Assembly (NCBI RefSeq): GCF_040938485.1
Contig: NW_027271045.1
Coordinates: 372,001-436,000 of the forward strand
Source of the DNA: Diadema antillarum
Taxonomy: Eukaryota
DNA: 64,000 nt
Direction: 5' to 3'
Part shown: positions 13,885 to 26,346 of the stretch, piece after piece
Numbering within the stretch: the first letter of the stretch is position 1
How the letters are laid out: each line of letters opens with the position of its first letter
Translations under genes and position numbers: made by a program
Notes under the pieces: model-generated
Seen by the model: the letters and a program-made list of their open reading frames with translations, nothing else
What the model was told of the DNA's origin: nothing
Database searches by the model: none

Positions 13885-14104
13885 GTCGAGATCCACCCTG
13901 GCACAGGTGTTTTTATCGACCGCGAGGACTGGGAGAAACTGAACGAGCTGGACCAGCCGACGGCATTCGCTCGCCGAATGCTGCCCTACGTCTTCTCCAT
14001 GGAGACGCTCCTCAACAGCAACCTCCGGGGTGGGCGGAGCACCAGGGATACCAAGGCGGAGCCGAAACTCGCCCTGGACCAGGAGAGAGTGGATGCGATA
14101 TACA
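13885..14104 (+). CDS. BEN-domain protein, exon 7 (N-terminal part of the BEN domain)
   Basis: Acceptor CTGCAG ending 13884; VEIHPGTGVFIDREDW...FARRMLPYVFSMETLLNSNLRGGRS...LALDQERVDAIY matches the BEN pattern (L+xxVFsxExLxxxxxxG...xLDxxxxxaI); donor GTGAGT at 14105, phase 1. Confidence 0.9.
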
Positions 14105-14666
14105 GTGAGTCCTCACAAAGCAATGACACTTGTATATCTCCGGGCTCTCATGCGAATGCATGCACTATGAGACCCATCAACACGAAGCTTGATGAAGCAA
14201 CTGAAATCTATATCTTTTTTTGGTACAGTATGTAGCATCTCCATTGAGAAAGAATTTGTCCCTTTCTAAGTCCAAAGACATTCTACAAAAAAAAGCAAGA
14301 AAGACTGCAACTAGATAACACAGTTTGGAGAAAAAGGGCTTCAAATTGTAAATGCAGTCAGGTATGAAGGAATTAATACACTCAGATATTCAAGGTCAAT
14401 TCAAAGTAACATGTTTTATAAAAAGCTAAAGAGGTTTAAAGTTTTAGTACATTTGTAGACTTTGAAATGCACACATAAGGTGTAGCTGAGGTTTGATTCT
14501 GTAACAAATGTGAAATTTATTGCTTTTCAGCCATATCACCTTTACTGCCATATTCTTGTCTGAATTTTTTTAATTTTTACTGTATCAGGGTGATGTGATG
14601 GGGGTCATATATGTGTGTGTGTGCATGTTTGTGTGTTTAGGTTTGGCTATAACATCTGGATATTAA

Positions 14667-15044
14667 AGGGACTGTACAGTACTGGGTGAGGTGGGGATTC
14701 ATGTTTTGAACATTAATAAGTGAGATAATGAGAAATCTCTTATGAAATAAGAAAGAGCATGTAATTTTAAGAAGGATTCAATGTTTATTTGATGAAAATT
14801 GGTTTTCAAATGGCTGAGATATCCAAAAAAGTGATGATAATAAAAGGCGACATGCCACAACTTTAGATCTCTTTGTTTCACCTTGTTTTTGGATATCTCA
14901 GCCATTTTAAAACCGATTTTTATCTAATAAACTTTTGATACCCCTTAGAATCGCATGCTCTTTGACATCTCATAGAGTTGTTTCTGAATATCTCGCAAAA
15001 AGTAAAAAGCTAAATCCTCACCTCGACCAGAACTGTACACACCC
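14667..15044. mobile_element. TTAA-flanked MITE, Kolobok-like ends
   Basis: TTAA-AGGGACTGTACAGTACTGG ... CCAGAACTGTACACACCC-TTAA (purine start, pyrimidine end, TTAA target). Confidence 0.7.
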
Positions 15045-15760
15045 TTAAACATCAAGAACGGGACAAATGATCAACTCTTCCCTGTTAAGTGATCAATAGA
15101 CAGAGTGCTAAGGAAAGAACTCTGTCAACAGTTTGAATGTGTACCTATGAAGAGAGAACTTGGGAAATGAATCAGGCTCATTCTTGCTACCACTTTCTCC
15201 TTTCTCTTTGATATGTCAAACTCCAACAGATGTTTAACTTTGAACAATATTCCTCCCTCGTACCCTAGTTTCGATTTCATCTTAATCTCACTTTGTTAAG
15301 TCAGTGTCATAAATTATAAAACCTAGTTTTTCCTGAAATAATTGCAGAGTACATTTTGATGTACAGTATGCCCCCCCAAATTACAAGCAGAATTTTGCAT
15401 TGATAACTTCCAATATGATTAAACTGTCTAAATGCTGCTTCAGGATCTAACGTAACATCTTAGCTATATTTTGCAGAAAACCCCATTCAATTAGGTTAAG
15501 TGGTCACAGAGAAATGTGAATCATTGTACGCATGTCATAGGTCTGATTCTTCCAAGTTTATAGCTCTTGGATGCTCTTGGAACTGCATATTAATGTCGGA
15601 ACACAATGGACAGAACTTGGAGGGAAGGGATTCCTGACAAGCTCTACAAAACTCCTCATTTCTCTTTCACCACTGAAGCAAATCGGATAAGGGTTTTCCG
15701 TAAGATACGGTAATAAGTCATAGTTGCATACCTTGGAATTGAATTGGATTGATTCACTAT

Positions 15761-16915
15761 TTTTATGCCTCCGCCACGAAGTGGTGCCAGAGGCATTATG
15801 TTTTCGGGTTGTCCGTCCGTCCGTCCGTCCGTCCTTCTGTCCGTCTGTCCTTCCGTCCGTAATGAATTTTGTGGACAGCGTAACTAAAAAACCTTTTGAG
15901 GTGTCCTAATGAAACTTGGCATGTATGTGTATTAGGGGGTGAAATTGTGCCTATCAACTTTTGGGTGCACACGCTCAAGGTCAAAGGTCAAAAGGTCAAG
16001 GTCAAATACGTAAAATTTCTTTATTTCCACCATATCTATGCAATGCCTGGAGATATTTTCTTGAAACTTAGTGTATACATGTATTACCCAATTAAGATTC
16101 TCTGGTGAAAGTTTGGGGTCATGAGGTCAAAGGTCAAAAGGTCAAGTAAAAATATTATAACTTCACTTTTTTCTCCGTATCTTGGAAATTGTTCAAGGTA
16201 TCTTCATGGAACAAAGTATATATATATGTACTGACTGGCAGTGATTATCTAGAGAATTTAGGGTTCATGGGTCAAAGTTCAGGGTCAAAGGTCAAGGGCA
16301 ACACTTCAAAATTTTACTATTTCCCTCATATTTATGCAATGCCAGCAGGATTATTATTTTTTTTTACACTTGGTGTATGCATGTATAACCTAATAGAGAT
16401 TCTCTGGAAGCTTTCTTTTTTCTTCTTTTTTTTTTGTTTGCCTCAAAGGTCAAAAGGTCAAAGATCAAGGGATGAACTAACTTTTTCCTCCATATCTCAG
16501 AAGTGGCTCAAGTTATCTTGAAACTTACTATATATTTGTGCATGTTGTGCCTGACAGTGATTATCCTATGAATTTTAGGGTCAAAGGCCAGATGAAAATG
16601 GTAACAATGAACTTTTCAATACAGAAATTGCACTTTTTCTCCATACCTTGAAAATTACTCAATGCATAAACTTATGAATAAGTCAAAGTCAAGTTAAAGT
16701 CCTTAAATCCCCAAATACATGCTCTCCTATTCATCCAATTAAACCTAGGTCAAGGAAGGTGAACATTCAACACATTTGTGACAAACTTGTCATTTTAACA
16801 TTTTGCCAATTTTGTGAAAATGTAATCACACATTGTCTACATGTACTATAGACCTATTAGGAGAATCATGCATTATGGCGGAGGCATACCAGTCGCCTTA
16901 GCGACATTTCTAGTT
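15761..16915 (+). mobile_element. Non-autonomous Helentron/DINE-1-like element
   Basis: 5' T-run plus ATGCCTCCGCCA, (GTCC)n microsatellite at ~15812-15860, internal GGTCAAAGGTCA repeats, 3' inverted copy ATGGCGGAGGCAT, hairpin GTCGCCTTAGCGAC, and ATTTCTAGTT end. Confidence 0.8.
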
Positions 16916-17078
16916 AAAGTTATCATTGCGGAGGGTCCTATTTTAATTTTTTTGGGGGACATATTGTACAGTTTTGTCCTGCACCTATTGTGAATTTCAT
17001 GGAGTTTGTCAATGCTTTGATCGGTACTTTTGAGTTCCTTAAATGTATGTATTTTGTCATTTTCTTGTTTTGCTGCAG

Positions 17079-17203
17079 AGTCCGTCATCACCAAGTTTCC
17101 AAACGTCTCCTACTGTGACATCGGCCAAGCCATCAATGGCCGGCTATCGAGCATCAGATATCGCGAGCAGAAAAGACAGGCTCGACTTATGAAGCAAGAG
17201 TGA
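17079..17203 (+). CDS. BEN-domain protein, exon 8 (BEN C-terminal helix, stop)
   Basis: Long polypyrimidine acceptor ending 17078; KSVITKFPNVSYCDIGQAINGRLSSIRYREQKRQARLMKQE, TGA 17201-17203. The eight exons sum to 1497 nt = 498 aa + stop. Confidence 0.85.
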
Positions 17204-17830
17204 TGGAAGATCGTGCCATGATCATCAGACTCGGCTGCTTTGGAAAGAACACCAGTGAGGCACTTTCCGACCCATCCAAAGTGCATTTTGCCTTTTTCCT
17301 CCTGAATCTCATATTTTTCTCGGTGCTAGTCCTATTGATGTAACCGTGTTGTGACACTGGTCCTTTTGCACCTATGGCAGGGTCATCTGTTCTTCACAAA
17401 TGAGAAACTTGGCAGCTTCCCGTGTTCGTCTTTAAAATGCTGGGCGAAAACATCTTTGTGCTGACTCAGAAAGAATGGATGTTGAGTATACACAGAGCTT
17501 TGCACTGCCATGTTATGACAAAAACTAAACTTTGACCGTTGACCTGACTGTGATAGTCATTTCTTTCTGTAGCGCACAAACGCCGTGGTTTTAACTTCTG
17601 ATGAGAATGTTGAGTGTTTGAATTCTTTTTTGTTGTTGTATATATTGTATGCATCTTCAATTGATGTTTATTTGTAAACCGATTCAGTATTAAATACGTT
17701 CACAAAAAAAAGAAGTCCAGCCTTTGAGAAAGAAAATCAAAAATATTTGTTTGTGTTTCATCTGTTGCCACTGTTTTGGAAAAAAAAAATCAAGTATGTT
17801 GAAGAAGTCTTGTAGTGATGGATAGTTATA

Positions 17831-18420
17831 CAGTTGAACCTCTCTTATCCGGCCTCCCTTTATCCGGATCTCTCTATTATACGGACGCAATCTCGCCGTG
17901 ATTTAAAAAAAAAATAATTACGGGAGGAAAGGGGGATTCCCAACTCCTTGAGAACTCCTACACAAACACACATTAATTACATATTACTTCCAACATGATT
18001 AACATACATTACATCAAGTTTCCTTCCAAATTGCTTACCTTCAGACATTTTAACATCCCCAAACATTCCCAAATTATCGCATTTTGAAGCGTAGTTTCGT
18101 CGACTCGTACTGTTTATTTTCAAGATCTACTTGATACATTTCTTAATAATTATTTAGGTAAATCATCCCAAGAATTTATAAAAGAAAATGATTTCATTCT
18201 TGCAAACACAAACCTCAATTTTGGGGTCTGTCACCGAGTGTAACAATGAAAAGGTTGCAGTATACACATTACTACATGTGGTACTATGTCACAATGGGCT
18301 ACATCAGTACATGTGTATGTATATGTACATGTATAAAGCATTGAGTCTCCCGTATCAGGCCAAATCCCTTATCCGGATGAGCCCCGGTCCCGACTTGTCC
18401 GGATACGAGAGGTTCAACTG
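17831..18420 (+). mobile_element. Tc1/mariner-pogo (Tigger-like) MITE, 590 bp
   Basis: TA-CAGTTGAACCTCTCTTATCCGG ... CCGGATACGAGAGGTTCAACTG-TA; a second copy lies at 51238-51647. Confidence 0.9.
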
Positions 18421-19570
18421 TATTCTGTGTTCAGATGTTTAGAAATTGAAGATCAGCCGTGTCTTGTTGTAAATGTGTAATTCATATCCAATCACTTTGT
18501 TTGATACAAGATGATAAGGTTGTTGTATTCCTTCTCATGTCAAGTGTGTGACTAAACAGTTGACAGAAAATCATTGGATTTTATAATTTTTTTGTAAATG
18601 CACTAGTCAGCAAATAGATCTGACTCATTTTGCTAACGTTTTGCTCTAAAGTATGTATATATAAAGATAGGAACAAACTTAGGTATAAAATTGGGAATGA
18701 ATCCCCCACAACAATTCTGCAAATCTTTGTTTCTACATAATCTAGACGGGAGATCATATTGCATGGTTAACATGACAGATTTTGACCTGTAAATTTCTTT
18801 TGAAGATGAAATTTGTTTTACCAGGAAGTGGCAGGCATGTGATTTGTTTCACTTGAAATGAAAATAACCATGTAGTTGTCCTGTCAGTGTCTTTTTAAAC
18901 ATACAGAGTGTGCAGCAAAGTTTCAAAAATTTTATTACAATGATCAGCTTAAAAGCATGAACAAGGGTGTGCACAGGAAACGCATTGTTAACAAATGAGC
19001 ACAAAATTTAACCAGTTTCCATTATAAGAATATCATGTCACACGAAGCTTGCAGATAAATCTCAAGTTGATGAGAAAAGGATAAAAACACTGAATCTACA
19101 CAAGCTGAACTACATGAATTATCAGTGGAATGAGTGATGAATGTACACCAGTGTGTTTTGTAGTTATTGTTGTTGCTCTTACACTTGTATGTATTTTTAT
19201 TTTGTTTTTGAATATGTGGTAAAACAATGATAGAAAGCTTTTCCTATAAAACTGACAAGCCAGCACCTAGAATGCACAGAACGCTTTACATGACATTTAT
19301 AGCTGGGTACAGTAAGTTTACATGAGTGCAAAGTGTGCACAACTTGTTTACTGTTCAGTCTTTGCTGCCTTTGTTGAAATGTCATTTATTAAAATTGGAA
19401 TTGCTGGCAGATTTTGTTTTTTCTTTTAAAGTTTCCCCTGATCATGGAAGAAGCAGAAAAAAAAAAATAGTCAGTTTTTTCATAGAGGGAGATCAAATTT
19501 TGATTCAGGAGACCAATGATCTATATATGAAATAGATCCTGGTTTGCATATGGATGCTTTGATCTATTTA

Positions 19571-19731
19571 CAGGGGGAGATCCCGGAATTCTGTAAAGGG
19601 GAGGTGCCTTTACAAAATTGAAGTGGGGGGGGGGGGGGGGGGGGGGTGCATGCACCACCCCCATTTTTTTTTAACACAAAAAGTAAAGAGGGGGCACGTG
19701 CCCGGTGCGCCCCCCTCTTGATCCGCCACTA
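19571..19731. mobile_element. hAT-like GC-rich MITE
   Basis: CAGGGGGAGATCCCGGA ... TTGATCCGCCACTA degenerate TIRs and a poly-G core; a related start lies at 31169. Confidence 0.55.
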
Positions 19732-20111
19732 ATTTATCTCCCTTTTATATGCCTTTACACTGTTGAAAAATAAAAGATACAAGTGAGTCTAAGAATTTGA
19801 AGGAAAAATGTGATTTTATGGTCACTGATTTTACCCAAAGACATTAGGAAGGAAGATTTTTACCATTGTACAATGCCAGTGATGATACATAGTGGGCTTT
19901 GCAGATACTGTATTATCTCAAAGGGAGCAATACATTCTTCTGCGTATGATGGTAACAGCTTCACAAATGGAAGGAAAAGGCAAAAAGTCTTCCAAAACAT
20001 GACTCTCATTACTATGAATTTATAAAGACTGCCACAAATTTGGCTTGTGTATGTACCTATTCCCCCAGATTGAAGTCAAGCAAAGTCAAATAAGTTTGAC
20101 AACAAGCAAGT

Positions 20112-20149
20112 AAACAAACAAACAAACAAACAAGCAAACAAACAAACAA
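20112..20149. repeat. (AAAC)n microsatellite
   Basis: Read directly; a similar tract lies near 53975-54008. Confidence 0.9.
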
Positions 20150-20944
20150 TCAAACATCACGTTTAGTTTACAGCTGTCACTTTTTTTAGAGAGGTAAACA
20201 TATTTGTGGGTGCAGGTATGTCCAATGTATGATTTTTACTCAGGGATTTTTTTTTTCTGTAAGATAGTCCTGTGTTTTGTGTTCTTCTTGGTAGCAACAT
20301 GTAGCATGATTTAATTGAAAGTGTTGTTTTTATATGCTCTATACACCTAACCTATGATGTTCTCTCCATTAAGTGTAAAAGTTACAGTTATAATCTGAAT
20401 GTTGACATACGGTGAATAACAGTTCATTATACAATTCAAATACTTGAAGAAGCCCAGTTGCACGTAGTTAGGTACAAGAAACAGGAGTTGTGACCCATAA
20501 ACTCACTTCATGTCTCTTCAGTGGTTCGTTCTTCTGTAGCAACAGATTAAAGTCTGTTTTATTTGTTGATGTGGGAAGACAAGTGTTCGTGAATACTGTA
20601 AATTGTATCGATTTGAAATGGGTCCAATGGCCTGGATTTTGGGGGTAATTTACAACCTAAGGTATTTTGTCAGATATTTTGGGAATCAGGGTTTGTGAGA
20701 CATTTGCATGAGTGGTTGAATTTTGCCATTGAGAACCACGTTGATAGAATGATAGATAAGTATTGTCTCTTTAAGAAGCAGAATGCTATTAATATCCCAC
20801 ATTGGAGATGATTGGACTTGTGGATGTGATTAAGTCAGTATTTCAATATTAATATTTCAGTATTTTGTTAACTTTTTGTGAACATCTGCGGACTCGCAAA
20901 ACTTTTTGCATACATATGTTCTGTTAAGTTTTAATTTCATGGTA

Positions 20945-21133
20945 CAGTGTACTTCCGATTTAACAAACACGGTTTGATATGATGAAATTTTCTTGCTATG
21001 AGGTCAAAATTCAGGACCTGAAATCATTCTCTATACATCTTTATATACCCCATTTGTTTTGCTATAACAAAATTTCAATGTAACAAAAGAAAACTGCTGA
21101 TCCCCTTGACATTGTTTTAATGGAAATCACCTG
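20945..21133. mobile_element. Degenerate Tigger-like MITE
   Basis: TA-CAGTGTACTTCCG ... GGAAATCACCTG-TA with internal TATAACAAAATTTC motifs like 58504-59037. Confidence 0.45.
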
Positions 21134-21591
21134 TATTTGTTTGTTTTTTAATCAATTTCCATCTAATGCTGCATATGCAACAATCAGTACTGTGTCCCCG
21201 TACACTTGTGTGTGATGATAGTATGACTATATACATGTCATGGGATTATGGCTTGGGCATTCTCTGCCTGGTTGCTAAAGTAGACATTTCTGTCTGCGTA
21301 CAGTTTGCATGGATGGGAAAACTAGCTTTGACCTATGACATTTCTATGCATCAAATCGTAACGTGATACTGAGCCATTTCACTTTCAAAGTGGCACTTTG
21401 ATTTCATCCCTTTAATGCTCGACTCCCAGGCAAGAACTTTGACAACCCACCACAGAGACATACCAATTCCATAACTTCTCTTGAATGGCTAGATGGATAC
21501 AGTTGGGATTAGGATTATGCAATCCTTGTTTGCTGATTGACATTTTTAATGTTATACCACTCCATGACCATTGGCTGAAAGATCAGTCTGT

Positions 21592-21789
21592 CAGAGCTGC
21601 CAAGTCTCCCTGATTCTGCAGGAATCTCCCTGAAAATGTCAAAATCTGTTCATGTCTGAATAAGAGAATATTAAAATCTCCCTCATTTGGAATTACTTTC
21701 ACCCATTGAAATGCATGTCACACACAGATATCTCCCTGACTGCTGTGTGGAATCTCCCTGATTTGGATGGGGGACTGTTGGCAGACCTG
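21592..21789. mobile_element. hAT-like MITE
   Basis: TIRs CAGAGCTGCCAA / TTGGCAGACCTG; internal AATCTCCCTGA repeats. Confidence 0.7.
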
Positions 21790-22357
21790 GGGTGGTATTC
21801 TGAAATCCTTCCTAGGAAGAAATTTCTTCCTATTAAAGTCAGGATTTTTTTCTAAGTGGTATTCTGAAAATCTTCCTAAGTTTCTTCCTAAGTCTGTTCC
21901 TAAGTTTTTTCTTAAACTTAGGAAGAAGTTGGTATTCTAGAATGCACGTAGGAAAGAAATTTAGGAAGATATTTAGGAAAGCTCCACCCCTGTCCTAAGT
22001 ATGTTGTTAAGAATAGCAATCTGCAGACATCGTGATAGGTGCGCTTGTCATTCACTGCGCGCACATGTACTTCGGTGCGCGAAATGAGCTTGAGAAAGGG
22101 GACATGTGGTGCACACGTGTATTTGATCCTACGTCATTGTAATATGCGATTGTCATTGGTTGGTTCCTTATGATATGGCATTTCGTATTGGCCTAATTAA
22201 GGATGTGGGCGGAGATAAGGATGGCCTAATTTGCATTAAGAAGTGTCTAGGAAGATATTTCAGAATACCAATTCTGTCTCTCCTAGGCACTTCCTAAGTT
22301 TCTGACTTAGGAAGAAACTTAGGAAGAAACTTAGGAAGATTTTCAGAAACTGTGCCC
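21790..22357. mobile_element. Harbinger-like MITE with TTCCTAAG subterminal repeats
   Basis: GGGTGGTATTCTGAAA ... TTTCAGAAACTGTGCCC; many TTCCTAAG / CTTAGGAA motifs in inverted arrangement. Confidence 0.65.
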
Positions 22358-24327
22358 TGGTCTGTATTTATCTGTGGGGATATGCTCCACGGAGACTATG
22401 TCTGACTTCATGGAATCCCTCTCCTATACAAACTGAAGGCTCTCGATACCAGACACTGTAGGGGGGATGCTCTACCCATGGAAACCAAATTGAATGTGAT
22501 TGGCTATTCACCGATGATCAGTTTGTCAGGACACTATATTATTAATGTGTTATTAGCGCAATGATGTGCTGTTGACTGTGTCTTTTTCCATGAAAATTCC
22601 ACCCAAATATTTCAAACAGCTGGTGAGTGCACTGTGTTTATCAGGTGTTAATTTCAATATTCAAGTTTTAATTTGCCAATATGGGACTGTACCTCACCTA
22701 GCAACCTCACCCAGCACGTCCATATATCGGGACAGGGGTGAAGTGTACCTCCACAGTGGTGTGTATAAGAGGCTTCCATGAATTTGTTTCAGAGGAGGAC
22801 TGTCAAAGTAAAAATATACTATAAAACTCCTCCGAACAGGCAGATTTTTCTGTCTATTGACTAGTCAAGGGACAAAGGTAAGACTTGGTGCAGGATTAAA
22901 TACAGTATTACGTGTACTCATGTAGGTCAAGTGTCATTACCCAGTAACGGTAGTCAATCTGTGGTTGATGACGATACATTATGTGATGCCATGGTCAGCA
23001 TCCTTTGAAAACCTTATTAGAAAGAAGAAATCAATTCAAATGATATGTTTTATTGGGTATAATTATTTCTAATTTGCATTTGTTTGCAAGTGCTGTACAA
23101 GCTAGGGTGACTTTGTTTACACAAATTTCATGAGTCCATTCATATTCGGGAAAGTAAAAAAGGTGCCAAACTATTGCCTTATATATGACACAGATGCAAA
23201 AGAATAATTCTCTCCATGATGGATAAAACTGATGTTTCTTAGAAAAGCATTGATGCTTATTTCCCATCCTGTTGATGTTGGTACTTCATATCATTGCAAA
23301 TTTAACCACTCATAAAATTGTCTTACAAGGGTTTTTTCGGGGAAATATTTGGCATGTATTCAACAAATACTGTTGTTTCCCATCCTGGGCATTGCTGGAA
23401 ACTGACAGCTAGTCTTAATTTCATGCCTTGCTTTCATATCACGTTAAAAATGCAGCCAGCTCTTCTGGCTGCCTACTGTAAAAGCGCAAACTTTGGCTTA
23501 TTTGCTTTGATTCTCAAACTGGGCCACATTCAGTGAACTCTGTTTTTTACGATTTTGCAGATAAGAATGTTTTTGTACAAAATTAGATATCCAAATAGAA
23601 TGTGTGCAAATTTTCCCCCTTTTTTTTTGATAGTAAGTAAGACAAGTGCAACATTCTGTGGGAATTTCCACGCTGTGAAATATGCCCTGTTAACAGCATC
23701 CACACAAATGCTGCTTTGTGGATTAAAGAGTCCCAAGTCTTTAAGAGGCAATATGTTCAGATATTTTAAAGGCACCTTTCTGAAGGGACTCCCATCACGG
23801 GACTTCTTTACAGTGTGTTATGATTGTTTGTTGGGTGTTGCCAGAATGTATATTTATGCACATCTCTCCTGGCAAAATATGCTCAATTTATTCATTACAC
23901 ATTTGTTTGCAATGTAATGTGTTCCTCTTAATTTCCTCTCCATAGATTTGTCACATGCTTGTAATTGCAGGGGGAAAACACTAATTAAAGGCTTTTAAAG
24001 AGTGGTTAAACTGTTAATTTGCTAAAGGAGATGTACATTTTAAGTGAGAAAACTGTCTTTACTGTGTGATTTTTGTTTTGTAATTCACTTGCTTCTTATT
24101 GCATTTCTCTTATTTTTGTGTGTTATAAATGCAAGAGTTGTCCACAGATAGTTGGACTTTTGTTGGAAATGAGCAAGAGAACTGAAGAAGTGTACATAAA
24201 ATGTTATTATCACAATTCATATTGAGCATTGTGGCAGTATTTTTTGTGTGTGTGTGTGCAGTTAAAGATGGTGATTTCAGTTGTTTTTATACACTTATTA
24301 CACGTTGATATCATACCACACTCTTAA

Positions 24328-24453
24328 CCCGTTGAGGACGGTTTGATTTTGCTACAACACGCATTCCCCATAGACGCTTGCCTGAGTATACTCGGGCAGG
24401 TGTCTATGGGAAATGCGTGTTGTATATAGCAAAATCAAACCGTCCTCAACGAG
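24328..24453. mobile_element. 126-bp near-perfect palindromic TTAA MITE
   Basis: TTAA-CCCGTTGAGGACGGTTTGATTTTGCTA ... TAGCAAAATCAAACCGTCCTCAACGAG-TTAA; centre GAGTATACTC. Confidence 0.9.
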
Positions 24454-24524
24454 TTAAAGGAAATTCCATCCTATTATTACATTGTATGTTGCTTTGTATG
24501 AAAACAGAATGTACTAGGTACAGA

Positions 24525-24727
24525 NNNNNNNNNNNNNNNNNNNNNNNNNNNNNNNNNNNNNNNNNNNNNNNNNNNNNNNNNNNNNNNNNNNNNNNNNNNN
24601 NNNNNNNNNNNNNNNNNNNNNNNNNNNNNNNNNNNNNNNNNNNNNNNNNNNNNNNNNNNNNNNNNNNNNNNNNNNNNNNNNNNNNNNNNNNNNNNNNNNN
24701 NNNNNNNNNNNNNNNNNNNNNNNNNNN
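24525..24727. other. Assembly gap (N run)
   Basis: Ns in the sequence. Confidence 1.
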
Positions 24728-24938
24728 GACCTTGTATCTGAACTTTTGGTGAAAATGACTTTTTTGAATTAATGGTCAAATAACAGGTTAAGTGATGCCC
24801 TGTCCAAATCCCAACTGTCTTACTCCAAAAATGAAGCCACCACAGCATGTCAAAGGAAAGACTTTCCCATTCGCTATAGTGCTTTGGCCTCCATGTTTTT
24901 TGGCTCTCCTCACATTTGACATTTTGTAGATACGAGGT
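24728..24938. mobile_element. Second copy of the 10207-10458 MITE core, bounded by gaps
   Basis: GACCTTGTATCTG ... AGATACGAGGT, clearly homologous to 10225-10441. Confidence 0.8.
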
Positions 24939-25077
24939 NNNNNNNNNNNNNNNNNNNNNNNNNNNNNNNNNNNNNNNNNNNNNNNNNNNNNNNNNNNNNN
25001 NNNNNNNNNNNNNNNNNNNNNNNNNNNNNNNNNNNNNNNNNNNNNNNNNNNNNNNNNNNNNNNNNNNNNNNNNNNNN
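24939..25077. other. Assembly gap (N run)
   Basis: Ns in the sequence. Confidence 1.
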
Positions 25078-25871
25078 GAAATGTTAAAGTATAGAGTAGT
25101 AAGGCAAATACGCAACTGCATTCTTGGTATGTACAAAATAAGAGTAACACAGTTTTGTATGTCCAAATAAGCTTGATAAGTTCTGTCTTTGCCCCCCCCC
25201 CCCCCAAAAAAAAAAAAAGAAAAAAAAAAAAGAAAGCTAGTGCAACTGTGGTGCAAAACAAATGGAGAGTTGCTCAATGTGTGTATCACCAAAATTTGCC
25301 AATTAGTCTTACACTCAAAACTTTTAAAAGACATAACTTATATGTATCCTATTCATTCCTATTATGTCAGGTATACACACTGCAATACAGACAGATACAC
25401 AGACACACAACAAACAAGTTCACACATCATGACATCATACCTCTATGTCAATTCCATCTTTCTACTTCTATCAGCAAGCAAAACACCTGTTACATTTAGG
25501 ACTTAGGAATTAGGACTATGTTGACATTTTCCTGCAGACCATTCAAATTTGTCATTCATACAGGCATCAAAACACACAACACAATCCAATGCTGTACAAT
25601 GTTTACACCGCTACCAAGTACAGTGCCTAAAAATTACCACATAGTCAACACACTTAATGTACGGTAATAATGTAAAGATGAAAGCAGATGCATAATTATA
25701 ATTTTTTTAATTTCATTTTGATATTCATCAGAATATTACACAATATTATTGGTCTCAGTTTTACAAGTGTACCAGAGTGAGCCAGAATGTGCCTTGAAGG
25801 TGACTGAATTCAATCTGGACAGATGCATGCAGTGGTATGCCGATCTGAGCTAGGCAACCCGCTACGGTGAC

Positions 25872-26346
25872 TGTAATGTACGTACTACAATGCCACCTAC
25901 CAGCCAGAGTAAGATAATTGCCACTGATGTATCACACAGAATGTATTTTGAAATAAAACCACTCTGCGAACGTATCTGAAAGAGTGAACACTTGCCAATT
26001 TTGTGCCAGTCACAACTTTACATGGTGTCAGGAGTGAGTGGAAAAGAAAATGTCGCGTCTAAAGCCACCCGGACCGCTGTCCCTGGAAGGGAATCTTGCC
26101 AGAAACTTCTCCGACTGGTTAAGGGAATTCAACATGCATGTATATGAGATAGCAACGCAACTGACAGATAAACATGAACAGGTGCGCTGCGCAACATTCT
26201 TGCATACTGCCGGACCACATGTGCAAGCTATTCATCAGATGTTCACCTTCACGCAAGCTGAGGTAGATAAGGTTGCGCCGCTCCAAAAGCTATGTGGTTG
26301 TGAGCATGTTACAGCATCAGAAGAGGAGACTGAACATACATTGTAA
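25872..26346 (+). mobile_element. Gypsy LTR retrotransposon 5' remnant (LTR end, PBS, gag start)
   Basis: ...TTTACA LTR end at 26022; PBS TGGTGTCAGGAGTG (complementary to a tRNA-Leu 3' end) at 26023; ATG 26050 MSRLKPPGPLSLEGNLARNFSDWLREF...ATFLHTAG, a typical Gypsy gag N-terminus. LTR start is approximate. Confidence 0.8.

Noticed and set aside
24378-25334. Long ORFs of 124-285 aa (also 61058-61602)
   Set aside because: They are open only because they run through N gaps.
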